Made by a program: the position numbers and the translations under genes | Assembly: GCA_043808425.1 (NCBI GenBank) | Contig: JAZDEW010000064.1 | Span: 11,772 to 75,771 of the forward strand | DNA from: Candidatus Omnitrophota bacterium | GTDB lineage: Bacteria; Omnitrophota; Gorgyraeia; Gygaellales; Profunditerraquicolaceae | Length of the DNA: 64,000 bases | Direction: 5' to 3' | The notes under the pieces: generated by a model | What the model was told of the DNA's origin: nothing | Seen by the model: the letters and a program-made list of their open reading frames with translations, nothing else | The model's database searches: none | Part shown: in pieces, positions 28,080 to 37,560 of the stretch | How the letters are laid out: every line of letters starts with the position of its first letter | How positions within the stretch are numbered: the stretch's first letter is position 1

Positions 28080-29777
28080 TCATTGTCTTCTTGCCTCCAC
28101 AGGTATTTGGCTTCCTTTTAAGTAACGGATAACATCTCCGGCGACTTTTTGAAATACCGGAGCAGCAACTACCCCGCCAAAATAATAGGGATGCGGCTCA
28201 TCCACGGTCACCACGATAGTTAATAAAGGGTCTTCGGCAGGTAAAAAACCAATAAAAGAAGCCACAAACTTATTATGAGAATAACTTCCATCCGGCTCAA
28301 CTTTCTGGGCAGTACCCGTTTTACCGGCAGCGCTAAACCCCAGAACCTTACCCATTTTACCTGTTCCTTCCTCAATTACTCCGGTAAGGATTTTTTTAAT
28401 TCGCAGCGCCGTATCCACAGAAATAACTTTACGCATCAATACTGGTTTATTTTGCTTAATAATCCGGCCCTGATTATCACGCACAGAATCAATAATATAC
28501 GGCTTCATTAATTGCCCCCCATTAGCAATTACGGAAATTGCGCTAGCCAATTGCAAAGCACTCACCCCTACTTCGTGCCCCATAGGCACCGAGGTAATCG
28601 ATGCCTTCGACCAAAGACGCGGCGGGCTAATCATCCCCGATATTTCTCCGGAAAGATCAATTCCTAATTTTGATCCAAAACCAAAAGCCCGGATGTATTG
28701 ATACAACATATCCGGGCCTAAAAGCTGGGCCACCTTAACAGTGCCGATATTACTAGACTCTTCAATAATCTCCCTAAAAGTAAGCCGGCCATGCGGTTTA
28801 TGGTCATGCAAAATACGGCCCCCTACCTGGTAAGATCCATTTTCACAAAAAAATACATCTTTCTCCGTAACCTTTTTTTCTTCCAGCGCGGCAGAAGCGG
28901 TAACTATTTTAAATACTGAACCAGGCTCAAATAAATCACAAATTGCCCGATTTCGCATCGAATCCTTACTCGCGCCAGAATGATTATTTAGATCATAAGT
29001 AGGCCGATTAGCCATAGCTAAGATCCTACCGGTATGCGGGTCCATCACCACGATACTAGCGCCCTTAGCGTGAAAATCGATAAAAGCCTTATCTAGCTCT
29101 CTCTCCGCGATATATTGAACAACCTCATCAATGGTCAAAACTAAATCCATACCATCTTGCGGCAAAACCATCTTCTCCCAAATATCTAATTTTTTCATCC
29201 GCGCATCACGTAAAAAAATCGCCCAGCCAGGAACACCTTTTAAATAATTATCAAAGCTTCTCTCTACGCCCTCTAGGCCAATATTATCCATACCGCTAAA
29301 ACCAATAATGTGGCTAGCCAAATAACTATTTGGATAAATACGTTTAGTTTCCCTTAAAAACCCTAATCCTTTAATATTTAAATTCTTGATTGCCTCGGAT
29401 TTATCCGGAGCAAGCTTACGCGCCAGCCAAATAAAAGACTTTTTACGACTCAATCTATCCTGCAAATAGCTGTGCTTTAAGCCAAGTATGGGCAATAATT
29501 GCCTGATAACAGACTCTTTGTCTTTAATAATATTAGGAACAGCATAAAGAGAATCCATGGACATATTAAATGCCTGCGCCTTAAGATTACAGTCATAGAT
29601 TGCCCCGCGAGGCGGTTCCAACTCCACAAGCTGATTATGTTGTTTTTTAGCGATTGAGGTAAGATAATCCGAACGGAATAGCTGAATAAAAAAAAGTCGG
29701 CCCACGCAAAGCAAAAGAAATACAAAAAAAATCAAAAACACCGCCTCACATCTTCGGCGATAGTTACTGATATACAC
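28080..29777 (-). CDS. ftsI: Peptidoglycan D,D-transpeptidase FtsI (PBP3)
   Basis: N-terminal transmembrane helix, PBP dimerisation domain, and transpeptidase motifs SVFK, SSN and KTGT. Confidence 0.88.
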   Translation of the reverse strand: MYISNYRRRCEAVFLIFFVFLLLCVGRLFFIQLFRSDYLTSIAKKQHNQLVELEPPRGAIYDCNLKAQAFNMSMDSLYAVPNIIKDKESVIRQLLPILGLKHSYLQDRLSRKKSFIWLARKLAPDKSEAIKNLNIKGLGFLRETKRIYPNSYLASHIIGFSGMDNIGLEGVERSFDNYLKGVPGWAIFLRDARMKKLDIWEKMVLPQDGMDLVLTIDEVVQYIAERELDKAFIDFHAKGASIVVMDPHTGRILAMANRPTYDLNNHSGASKDSMRNRAICDLFEPGSVFKIVTASAALEEKKVTEKDVFFCENGSYQVGGRILHDHKPHGRLTFREIIEESSNIGTVKVAQLLGPDMLYQYIRAFGFGSKLGIDLSGEISGMISPPRLWSKASITSVPMGHEVGVSALQLASAISVIANGGQLMKPYIIDSVRDNQGRIIKQNKPVLMRKVISVDTALRIKKILTGVIEEGTGKMGKVLGFSAAGKTGTAQKVEPDGSYSHNKFVASFIGFLPAEDPLLTIVVTVDEPHPYYFGGVVAAPVFQKVAGDVIRYLKGSQIPVEARRQ

Positions 29778-29801
29778 TATGTTCCTTAGGAATGATAAAT
29801 C

Positions 29802-30170
29802 TTAGGGGTTAATTGTTTTTGCTTGAGCTTCCCGTTTCAAACTAAAAATCCGCGCTAATAAACCTTCCTGGCCTTGCCCTTGATCCGCAAGCTTTAAGCT
29901 GCCAGATGAAGAAATAAATTTAACAAAACGATAGTTATCCGGCATTTGGAAATCATTACTACCACTAATACGCGCACCAATATTTACCAAAGAAGAGCTT
30001 TTGTTAATATTATACCTCAATGCCGTATTTTTATCCAGCAGTTCCGTAAAAACAACCTGCTTTTTCTGCCCCAGATAAGCCAGACGAAAAATTTCACTTT
30101 GTTGATAAACATAAAGCACGCAAAAAGATGTAATAAATACTACCGTGGAAAAAAACTTGGTCAGCTTCAT
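29802..30170 (-). CDS. ftsL: Cell division protein FtsL-like
   Basis: Small 122-aa protein with an N-terminal transmembrane helix. It occupies the canonical position between rsmH and ftsI. Confidence 0.5.
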   Translation of the reverse strand: MKLTKFFSTVVFITSFCVLYVYQQSEIFRLAYLGQKKQVVFTELLDKNTALRYNINKSSSLVNIGARISGSNDFQMPDNYRFVKFISSSGSLKLADQGQGQEGLLARIFSLKREAQAKTINP

Positions 30171-30176
30171 ATAACT

Positions 30177-31079
30177 TTATATCCTTTCGGCAACTCTGAA
30201 TTTAGAACTGCGGCTAGAAGGATTCACTTCTATCTCGCCAAATCCCGGGGTCAGAGGCTTAGTAGTAATAATATCAATTAATCCGTCGGCCTTAAGCGCG
30301 CGGAATGTATGCTTGATCGCGCGATCTTCCAAAGAATGAAATGAAATAACACATATTCTAGCCTGCTTTTTTAAAATATCAACAGCTTTCTTAATTGTAT
30401 TTTCCAGAATTTCTAATTCTCTATTTACGGCGATACGCACGGCTTGAAAAGTACGCGTAGCCGGATGAATGCGGTAATAACTCCGCCGATATCGATGCGG
30501 GATGGCGCGCATTACTAAATTAGCTAACTGCGTAGTTGTAGCGATCGGTTCATTCCTGCGTTCCTGGACTAATAAATGCGCAATACGATTATGCCAACGC
30601 TCCTGCCCAAAATTCCAAAGCATCTGAGAAATTTCGTCTTCATTAAGGTTATTTACTAAATCAAACGCACAAATATAACTACTTTTATCCAAACGCATAT
30701 CTAGCGGACCCTCCTCCTGAAAGCTAAACCCTCTATGCGCATCATGCAGCTGATAACTAGAGATCCCTAAATCAAAAACAATACCATCAATCTTCTCAAT
30801 ACCCAAATTGGCTAAAATTTGATCTAAATCCACAAAATTTGCATGCACGAATTCAGTGTTATCTTTAAAATCTGCCAGCCTTTGACGGCAAAGCGCCAAG
30901 GAATCTTCATCCCGGTCTATCCCAATCAACCTGCCTTGCGGAGTAATTCTCTTTAATATCTCCAGTGCGTGCCCACCAGTACCTAAAGTCGCATCAACAA
31001 TTATTTGTCCGGGCACTGGCTTTAGAAAATCCAACACTTCCTGCAGCATCACCGGAACGTGCAACTTCTCAATTAACAT
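30177..31079 (-). CDS. rsmH: 16S rRNA (cytosine1402-N4)-methyltransferase RsmH (MraW)
   Basis: SAM-binding motif and a conserved MraW fold. It follows mraZ. Confidence 0.88.
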   Translation of the reverse strand: MLIEKLHVPVMLQEVLDFLKPVPGQIIVDATLGTGGHALEILKRITPQGRLIGIDRDEDSLALCRQRLADFKDNTEFVHANFVDLDQILANLGIEKIDGIVFDLGISSYQLHDAHRGFSFQEEGPLDMRLDKSSYICAFDLVNNLNEDEISQMLWNFGQERWHNRIAHLLVQERRNEPIATTTQLANLVMRAIPHRYRRSYYRIHPATRTFQAVRIAVNRELEILENTIKKAVDILKKQARICVISFHSLEDRAIKHTFRALKADGLIDIITTKPLTPGFGEIEVNPSSRSSKFRVAERI

Positions 31080-31517
31080 TTATACGTCCATTAATTTTTC
31101 GGCAATTTCTTCAAAAGACTGACGACTATTGGCATAAAAATCATACCATAAATTTTTTGCCCAAATCTCAATCCGGTTAGAAACACCCACGATCATCACA
31201 TCTTTTTTAATATCGGCAAAATCTTTCAAATATGGCGGCAAAAGAATCCTGCCCTGCTTATCCGCATTCACATCCACCGCGCCACTAAAAAGCAGCCGAT
31301 TAAAAGTACGCGACTGCTGTTTAGTAAACGACATAGTTTTAAATTTATTTTCTTGAAGACCCCACTCTTCTTCTGAAAACATAAAAAGGCATTTATCTAA
31401 ACCCCGCGTAACAAAGAATTTTTCAATAAATTGATTTTTAGCAACTTCACGAAATTTGGCCGGTAATATTAAACGCCCCTTACGATCTATCGAATGCTCA
31501 AACTCACCATAGAACAT
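31080..31517 (-). CDS. mraZ: Transcriptional regulator MraZ
   Basis: First gene of the dcw cluster. It has the characteristic duplicated MraZ/SpoVT-AbrB-type motifs. Confidence 0.85.
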   Translation of the reverse strand: MFYGEFEHSIDRKGRLILPAKFREVAKNQFIEKFFVTRGLDKCLFMFSEEEWGLQENKFKTMSFTKQQSRTFNRLLFSGAVDVNADKQGRILLPPYLKDFADIKKDVMIVGVSNRIEIWAKNLWYDFYANSRQSFEEIAEKLMDV

Positions 31518-31530
31518 TTTATTCTTCCTT

Positions 31531-31556
31531 CCACTTTACTCCACTTTTATCCACTT
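31531..31556 (-). promoter_or_regulatory. Three direct AAGTGG repeats at a 10-bp period (candidate MraZ boxes) in the mraZ leader
   Basis: Plus strand reads CCACTTtactCCACTTttatCCACTT, which on the minus strand is AAGTGGataaAAGTGGagtaAAGTGG. It lies 14-39 nt upstream of the mraZ ATG. Confidence 0.5.
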
Positions 31557-31564
31557 ATGCACCA

Positions 31565-31593
31565 AGTATAGATAAAATCCCTCCCCTTGTCAA
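31565..31593 (-). promoter_or_regulatory. Sigma-70-type promoter for mraZ and the dcw operon
   Basis: Minus strand reads TTGACA-N17-TATACT. The -35 box is at 31588-31593 and the -10 box at 31565-31570. Confidence 0.5.
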
Positions 31594-31671
31594 GATAAAA
31601 ATTACCTAAATACTACCAATACAAGCTTTTGTGGATAAAACGATTGCGACACCTAGCTATTGTGGTATGAT

Positions 31672-32580
31672 CTAAAAAGGGAGTAAAATTTTATGACAGG
31701 AGATAACGTCTTTTTGAATCTGTGCGGATAAATCCCTTAAACTCGCGAATTTTTGATCCAAACGTATTAATTTAATAAACTGAATTTCCAACAACTTTCC
31801 ATAAATATTTTTATGAAAATCAAATATATGCACTTCTATGCGTAGAGTATTTTTTTTAAGATGAATCGTCGGCCTTTTGCCGATGTAGCAGACGCCCTTA
31901 TATTTTTTTTTAGAAAATACAATTTGCACCGCATAAATACCTACCGGCGGAATAACTTCATGATGCGCCTTAATATTAGCCGTAGGAAACCCTAATAACC
32001 TCCCTAACCGGCTGCCTTTAATCACCGTTCCCAAAACACTTACCCGACGGCCAAGCAGGCGGTCAGCTTCTTTAATTTTAGATTTTTTTATTAATCTTCT
32101 TATGGCCGTGCTACTAATCGGCAAGTCGCCGGATTTTACAATATCAAAAATTCTAACTCTAAACTTATACCTCTTCGCCTCTTTAACTAGCAATCTATAA
32201 TCACCCAGAGCTTGTTTACCAAAACGAAAATTTTTCCCCACATAAACAAAACGCGCTTTAATTTTATCAACTAGTATTTTAGTAATAAAATCTTGAGCGC
32301 TAATTTTCGCGAAACTGTGGCTAAAATTAACCACCATGCATACATCCGACCCTAACTCGGCAATCAACCTTAAGCGATGCCCTAAAGAATACAGGCTTGC
32401 TTTTCCTTGCGGATGCGGGAAAAAAGTTAAAATTAAACTAGTGCCATTGATTTGATTAGCTTTTCTAACTACGGCCTGTAAAATATTGCGGTGGCCAAGA
32501 TGTAGGCCGTCAAAAACCCCCAAGGCCACTACCGGCCTGCGTAGTTTTCCGATCTTTCCTAAACCATAGATAATTTTCAT
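31672..32580 (-). CDS. ribF: Bifunctional riboflavin kinase / FMN adenylyltransferase
   Basis: N-terminal FAD synthetase motif (GVFDGLHLGH) and C-terminal riboflavin kinase domain. Confidence 0.85.
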   Translation of the reverse strand: MKIIYGLGKIGKLRRPVVALGVFDGLHLGHRNILQAVVRKANQINGTSLILTFFPHPQGKASLYSLGHRLRLIAELGSDVCMVVNFSHSFAKISAQDFITKILVDKIKARFVYVGKNFRFGKQALGDYRLLVKEAKRYKFRVRIFDIVKSGDLPISSTAIRRLIKKSKIKEADRLLGRRVSVLGTVIKGSRLGRLLGFPTANIKAHHEVIPPVGIYAVQIVFSKKKYKGVCYIGKRPTIHLKKNTLRIEVHIFDFHKNIYGKLLEIQFIKLIRLDQKFASLRDLSAQIQKDVISCHKILLPF

Positions 32581-32641
32581 CAGATTTTCTACACACTGAT
32601 TATAAATACAGTAAAATACTTATAAATAAAACGAGCAGAAG

Positions 32642-33613
32642 CTATTTTAAGTCCTGACAAATTTTAGCAATAACTTTACCTCGCACAGCCAAGAACCCTC
32701 CGGGAATAGTGCAACCGGCGGCAGTCTTATGCCCTCCCCCTCCAAAAAAAGATGCGATCTTATTTACGTCAACCTTACCCTGGCTTCTTAAATTAACACG
32801 GATCTGGGATTTTAAGCTTAAGCTATCCTTAAATAATACTACCACCTCTACTCCTTTAATCGCCCGGCCAAAATTTAAAGCATAGTCCGCTAAATCAGTC
32901 CCCGGTATTTTAGCTCCGGATGGCTCAGCAGCGATTCTAAGGGCAGCAATCCTTCCCCGGCCAAAAAATTTTATTTCTAACAATAATTTAAGCAGCGATT
33001 TTACCTCTGAGGGCAAAATATTTTCATAAGCATAACGATAGACCCGCGCGACATTAATTTTAAATTTCAAAAGTTCCGCGGCAGCCTTAAACGTAGAACT
33101 AGAAGTATTAGAATAGCGAAATGATCCTGTGTCCGTCATGATGCCCGTGTACAAAACTAAAGCGGTGTTTTTATCCAACGGCAAACGTAGATGTTTATAC
33201 AACCGATAAATCATCTCTGAGCAGGAAGAGGCCCGCGCGTCTACCCAATTTACATCGCCAAAGGCCTGATTGCTAATATGATGATCAATATTTAATACCG
33301 GCTTATGATCGATGTTAAGCTTATGGACTCTTCCTGTGCGCTTTAAGTCCGCGCAATCCAGAACCACTAAACAATCAAATTTAATAGATTTAAATTTCTG
33401 GCCTAAGCGGCGAATATATTTAATCCCGGGAAGAAAATCATAACCATAAGGTAATTGATCATCGCTCATGATTATGGCCCGTTTACCTAATTTTTTAATA
33501 AGCCTATAAAACCCCAGCGCAGAACCCAGGGCATCAGCCTCCGGGCTGATATGAGCAGTAATCAAAAAATTATTATATTTCTCTATACTCTGGCAGATTT
33601 CATTTAGGCTCAT
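32642..33613 (-). CDS. nrnA: DHH/DHHA1 phosphoesterase, NrnA-like oligoribonuclease / pAp phosphatase
   Basis: DHH family motifs (HISPEADALGS, LNIDHH) with a C-terminal GGGGH DHHA1 motif. Confidence 0.75.
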   Translation of the reverse strand: MSLNEICQSIEKYNNFLITAHISPEADALGSALGFYRLIKKLGKRAIIMSDDQLPYGYDFLPGIKYIRRLGQKFKSIKFDCLVVLDCADLKRTGRVHKLNIDHKPVLNIDHHISNQAFGDVNWVDARASSCSEMIYRLYKHLRLPLDKNTALVLYTGIMTDTGSFRYSNTSSSTFKAAAELLKFKINVARVYRYAYENILPSEVKSLLKLLLEIKFFGRGRIAALRIAAEPSGAKIPGTDLADYALNFGRAIKGVEVVVLFKDSLSLKSQIRVNLRSQGKVDVNKIASFFGGGGHKTAAGCTIPGGFLAVRGKVIAKICQDLK

Positions 33614-33700
33614 CTTACACCTTCCTGCCTGCCGGCAGGCAGGCTTTCTTAATTAATTTATCAAACTGCATAACTTTAATAATTAAATACTTAGCTAAGT
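33614..33700. repeat. Bipartite intergenic repeat element, copy B, in the rbfA-nrnA spacer
   Basis: Perfect 20-nt palindrome CCTGCCTGCCGGCAGGCAGG at 33624-33643, lying 10 nt upstream of the nrnA ATG after AAGGTG on the coding strand, then an AT-rich stretch and a degenerate stop-proximal box. Confidence 0.7.
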
Positions 33701-34114
33701 GCCTGGCTCTTCCGTTTTTTTTGCTTGATCAGGAGTCTCCGACGCAGGTGGAACAACCGCCCCTGGCTCCTTGCTGTCAACGGGTTTTATCTTGTTTAAT
33801 ATCTCCTGAATCTTAACGCTATACTCAATAGAATGATCCTCTTGAAACATCAGCTCAGTGGCAAAACGCATATTAATCCTCTGGGCCACCAGGCTGCGGA
33901 TATACCCTAAAGCAGAATCCAGGGCGATTTTAGTTTTTTTACAGGTATCCTCTTTACCCAAAACGCTATAAAAAATATTCGCATTTTTTAAATCCTTAGA
34001 CAGCTCTACCCGCGTGATCGTGACAAAACCTATACGCGGATCTTTAAGCTCGTCATGGATAATAAGACTAACTTCTTTTTTAATCGCCTCTTCAACACGC
34101 TGTTGTCTAGACAT
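33695..34114 (-). CDS. rbfA: Ribosome-binding factor A
   Basis: KH-like RbfA fold. N-terminal RQQRVEEAIKKEVSLII. Confidence 0.8.
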   Translation of the reverse strand: MSRQQRVEEAIKKEVSLIIHDELKDPRIGFVTITRVELSKDLKNANIFYSVLGKEDTCKKTKIALDSALGYIRSLVAQRINMRFATELMFQEDHSIEYSVKIQEILNKIKPVDSKEPGAVVPPASETPDQAKKTEEPGT

Positions 34115-34117
34115 CTT

Positions 34118-35410
34118 TTATACGCTCCGTTTCTGTTTATTGGCCCGCACTAACTTTCTAATTAAAGCCAGCTCAGTTCGACGATTACTTACCTGCCCAT
34201 TAAGCTTGGCCGCTAATACTTTAGCAAATATCTCTTGATACTCCGGCCCCGGTAAAACACCTAGCCGCCCCAAATCATTTCCGCCAACACAAAGACGCAT
34301 GCCGTTATAAATCTCAAAAAAATCTGCCAGGTGCTTTTTAAAATTTATATTTTGTGAAATAGCGCTAACTAAGATAATCATTTCATAGCTTAAGGGCTCA
34401 AGTAATGAAAAAATCCGCTCCGGTAACACTTGCTTCTTGCTCAAAAAAGAAATAAGCTTATCTTCTTCCCGGCAATAGCTGATAATCCGCTTCTGATCAC
34501 CCTTGGGCAAGCCTAGCCGGTGAATAATCACTTTAATCTCAAGCAAAGTGAACGGTTCCAAGAGTGCCATAAAATAAACCAACCAAATATCCAGCTGTCT
34601 GCGCGCGGGAAAATTTGCCATAAAGCCTGAAATTTTTTTAGCGATTGACCTAAATAAAACTTGTGTTGATTTTCCAATTTTTAACTTAGGGCTAATAAAA
34701 GATAGCGCGCCTAAATCACCCAGCGCCTTTATCAGCCCGTAAGGATTCTGCTCCTTAAGTATCAATATCAATTCATCCCGCATTCTATGCGGATTTACTT
34801 TATTTAACAAACTATCACTGATAGCCTCCTTAAGTAACGCAAGCGTTTTAGGCTCAAGCTTAAAATTAAAACGATGGCTAAAGCGTATCGCTCTGAATAT
34901 CCGCGTAGGGTCATCCTGAAAACTTAAATTGTGTAAAATACGGATTCTGCCTGCGGCCAGATCAATTTGAGCGCCATAAGGATCAATTGTTGCTTGGCCC
35001 CCATCTGCCCCTAAGCTTAACGCCATGGCATTGATCGTAAAATCCCGGCGCTTAAGGTCTTCAGTTAATGATCCTGAACTTACCACCGGAAGTGCCGCGG
35101 AATGAGGATATTCTTCCTGACGCGTAGTAGAAATATCCACTTTTAACCCATTATTTAAAATTAAGGTAGCCGTGCCAAACCGCTCATAAATTTTTAAATT
35201 TGCTTTTAATTTTTGCGCCAAATGCTTGGCAAAAATAATACCGCTTCCTTCAATCGCAATGTCTAAGTCCAGATTCTTAACCCCTAAAATTAAATCGCGT
35301 AAACATCCGCCGACCAGGTATGCCGGCATCCGAATTTCCTCAGAAACACCGGAAACCTGACGAATAGCTTCTCTTAATTCTCGAGGTAGTTTTTTTATAT
35401 ATTTTTTCAT
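34118..35410 (-). CDS. cca: tRNA nucleotidyltransferase (CCA-adding enzyme) / poly(A) polymerase family
   Basis: GGCLRD...DLDIAIEG polymerase-beta head motif with an RNA-binding body domain. Confidence 0.75.
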   Translation of the reverse strand: MKKYIKKLPRELREAIRQVSGVSEEIRMPAYLVGGCLRDLILGVKNLDLDIAIEGSGIIFAKHLAQKLKANLKIYERFGTATLILNNGLKVDISTTRQEEYPHSAALPVVSSGSLTEDLKRRDFTINAMALSLGADGGQATIDPYGAQIDLAAGRIRILHNLSFQDDPTRIFRAIRFSHRFNFKLEPKTLALLKEAISDSLLNKVNPHRMRDELILILKEQNPYGLIKALGDLGALSFISPKLKIGKSTQVLFRSIAKKISGFMANFPARRQLDIWLVYFMALLEPFTLLEIKVIIHRLGLPKGDQKRIISYCREEDKLISFLSKKQVLPERIFSLLEPLSYEMIILVSAISQNINFKKHLADFFEIYNGMRLCVGGNDLGRLGVLPGPEYQEIFAKVLAAKLNGQVSNRRTELALIRKLVRANKQKRSV

Positions 35411-35420
35411 CTTCTCCCAA

Positions 35421-35469
35421 CCTACGACCTATGACCTATCAGCTATGACCTGCGACCTACGACCTATCA
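35421..35469. repeat. Seven tandem CCTAYGA heptamers that exactly fill the xerD-cca intergenic space
   Basis: cctacga cctatga cctatca gctatga cctgcga cctacga cctatca. The array runs from the xerD stop to the GGGAGAAG ribosome-binding site of cca. Confidence 0.7.
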
Positions 35470-36357
35470 CTATGGCCGCGGATGAAACATCTGATAAACC
35501 GTTTTAAGCCGCTCTTTATCGATATGCGTATAAATCTGGGTTGTCGAGATATCAGAGTGTCCCAGCATCTCCTGCACTGAACGCAGATCCGCGCCTCTTT
35601 CCAGTAGATGCGTGGCAAATGAATGCCTAAGAGTATGCACTTTTATCGATTTTTTAATTTTAGCCTCTTGGGCATACCGCTTAATTAATTTCCAAACAGA
35701 CTGCCGGGATAGCTTAGCCCCAGAACGACTGATAAAAATAAACTCTGAAGTTTTTTGTTTTAAAAAATACGGCCGGCTGAATTCTAAATAACGATTAATA
35801 CCATGAATAGCTTTTTTGCCCAACGGAATAATCCTCTCCTTATCTCCCTTTCCAATACAACGCAAAAATCCAATATCTAAATTAACATTATTAGTTTTAA
35901 GATTGCTTAATTCCGATACGCGCATTCCTGTGGCATAAAGAGTTTCTAAAATTGCCTTATCTCTAGCGCCCTGGCGCTCACGCACATCAGGCTGGCTAAT
36001 TAATAACTCCACTTCATTTAAAGAAAGGGTGTCCGGAATCTTCTTCCACAATTTTGGAGAATCAATCAAAGTAGTCGGATCGCTTTTTAAAACTCTTTCT
36101 CTGGCTAAAAAACGATGAAACATGCGTATCGCCGCCAAACGGCGCGAGATACTTACCGGCGATATTCCAGCAGTTTTTTGAAAAAGCATAAATTCCACAA
36201 TGTCGTTTTTAGTAACCTTGGAAAGCGCCGATATTCCTCGTTTATCAATAAAATCCAAATAAAGATTCAAATCCACCCGATAGGCAAAAATGGTATTTTT
36301 AGCCAGAGCGCGCTCAACCAAAAGATAATCTAAAAATGAGTCAATAAGTTCTTTCAC
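35470..36357 (-). CDS. xerD: Tyrosine site-specific recombinase XerC/XerD
   Basis: N-terminal SAM-like domain and C-terminal catalytic R..HxxR..Y motifs (HTLRHSFATHLL ... IYTH). GTG start. Confidence 0.8.
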   Translation of the reverse strand: MKELIDSFLDYLLVERALAKNTIFAYRVDLNLYLDFIDKRGISALSKVTKNDIVEFMLFQKTAGISPVSISRRLAAIRMFHRFLARERVLKSDPTTLIDSPKLWKKIPDTLSLNEVELLISQPDVRERQGARDKAILETLYATGMRVSELSNLKTNNVNLDIGFLRCIGKGDKERIIPLGKKAIHGINRYLEFSRPYFLKQKTSEFIFISRSGAKLSRQSVWKLIKRYAQEAKIKKSIKVHTLRHSFATHLLERGADLRSVQEMLGHSDISTTQIYTHIDKERLKTVYQMFHPRP

Positions 36358-36433
36358 CTCGCACCTTCTTTTCTATTTAATACATTAAACCAGACAGCTT
36401 TAATGATGGAATATCCAGAAGGTGCGGGGCTCA

Positions 36434-37054
36434 TTATACCCTAAACAGGTTGTTGTTCTTTTCTCTTCCAATGGTGGTAGCGGCTCCGTGCCCCGGATAA
36501 ACTTTAGTATTATCCGGCAAGACAAATAATCTATCTCTAATCGCCTCCTCCAACCGCTGCTGACTGCCTCCCGGTAAATCAGAGCGCCCTACACCCTGAC
36601 AAAACAAAGTGTCGCCGGTAAAAATAATATCTGTTTGCGGTTTTCTCATCAAAAGGCCGATACCTCCCGGAGTATGTCCGGGCAGATGCATTACCTCCAA
36701 TTCCAAACAATCTAATTTAATAATTTCTTTATCCTGTAAAGCTTTAATCTCAGAATTAACCTGATAGGCCAAAGAAAAACTAGCAGAAAAGTTTTTTCGG
36801 GCATCCACAAGCATAGGAAGATCCATTTTATGCGCATAAACCAAAACGCCAAATTCGTCGTCACTGCCGATATGGTCATAATGCCCATGCGTATTGATCA
36901 CCATAGCCGGTTTTAAACTATGCTTATCTAAAACCGCCTTAATCTTAAGGTGCTGATCGCCAGGATCGATAATAACCGCCGGCCCGCCGCCGGCGCAAGC
37001 CAGAATATAACAATTAACCTGCATCGAGCCAACCTTGACTGTTTCTAAGATCAT
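36434..37054 (-). CDS. Metallo-beta-lactamase-fold hydrolase (glyoxalase II-like)
   Basis: HGHYDH zinc-binding motif. Confidence 0.75.
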   Translation of the reverse strand: MILETVKVGSMQVNCYILACAGGGPAVIIDPGDQHLKIKAVLDKHSLKPAMVINTHGHYDHIGSDDEFGVLVYAHKMDLPMLVDARKNFSASFSLAYQVNSEIKALQDKEIIKLDCLELEVMHLPGHTPGGIGLLMRKPQTDIIFTGDTLFCQGVGRSDLPGGSQQRLEEAIRDRLFVLPDNTKVYPGHGAATTIGREKNNNLFRV

Positions 37055-37560
37055 TTTAAATAATTTTTTATCTTTGGATAAATAAATCTTTTATGAATGC
37101 TAGACTTAATCCGCTCAGCCACCTGCCGATTCCGGCCATTATTAACCCCATAAATATCACTTTTTACATAAATCAAGAGGTCATCTAATTTAGCAATCTC
37201 TATGTCAAAATTTTTCTGGGCATCCGCTACCAGCATCAATTTCAGGTTAACCAGATTCTTTAAAGCCTCTTGAGTACAATCTACTTTTTTCTTTAAGCTT
37301 GCCTTTTGGGTCAAGGCATTGATCAGCTCATCCTGCCAAGAGCTCCAATAAAGATAATACTGCCGATAAATCTCCTCTTTAGTCATATCCGGGCCTTTAT
37401 ATTCCTGCGGAACAAGAACCATCTCTACCGCTGCATCCGGCTTTTTAGATTTACGGGTAAATTTTCGCGTAAAAGCCTCGCAACCAAAAACAGCAGTTAG
37501 CAGGCAGCAAATAACGGTGAGAAAAAAAATCTTTTTAAAAATATATTTGACATTTGTCAT
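37051..37560 (-). CDS. Hypothetical secreted protein or lipoprotein
   Basis: N-terminal hydrophobic signal-like segment ending in Cys. No recognisable domain. Confidence 0.35.
   Translation of the reverse strand: MTNVKYIFKKIFFLTVICCLLTAVFGCEAFTRKFTRKSKKPDAAVEMVLVPQEYKGPDMTKEEIYRQYYLYWSSWQDELINALTQKASLKKKVDCTQEALKNLVNLKLMLVADAQKNFDIEIAKLDDLLIYVKSDIYGVNNGRNRQVAERIKSSIHKRFIYPKIKNYLK

Noticed and set aside
35470-36357. XerD-like recombinase considered as the integrase of the defence island
   Set aside because: It lies about 5 kb from the island edge with core genes (ligA, acyP) in between. It has typical chromosomal XerC/D length and motifs and is probably the housekeeping dif recombinase.
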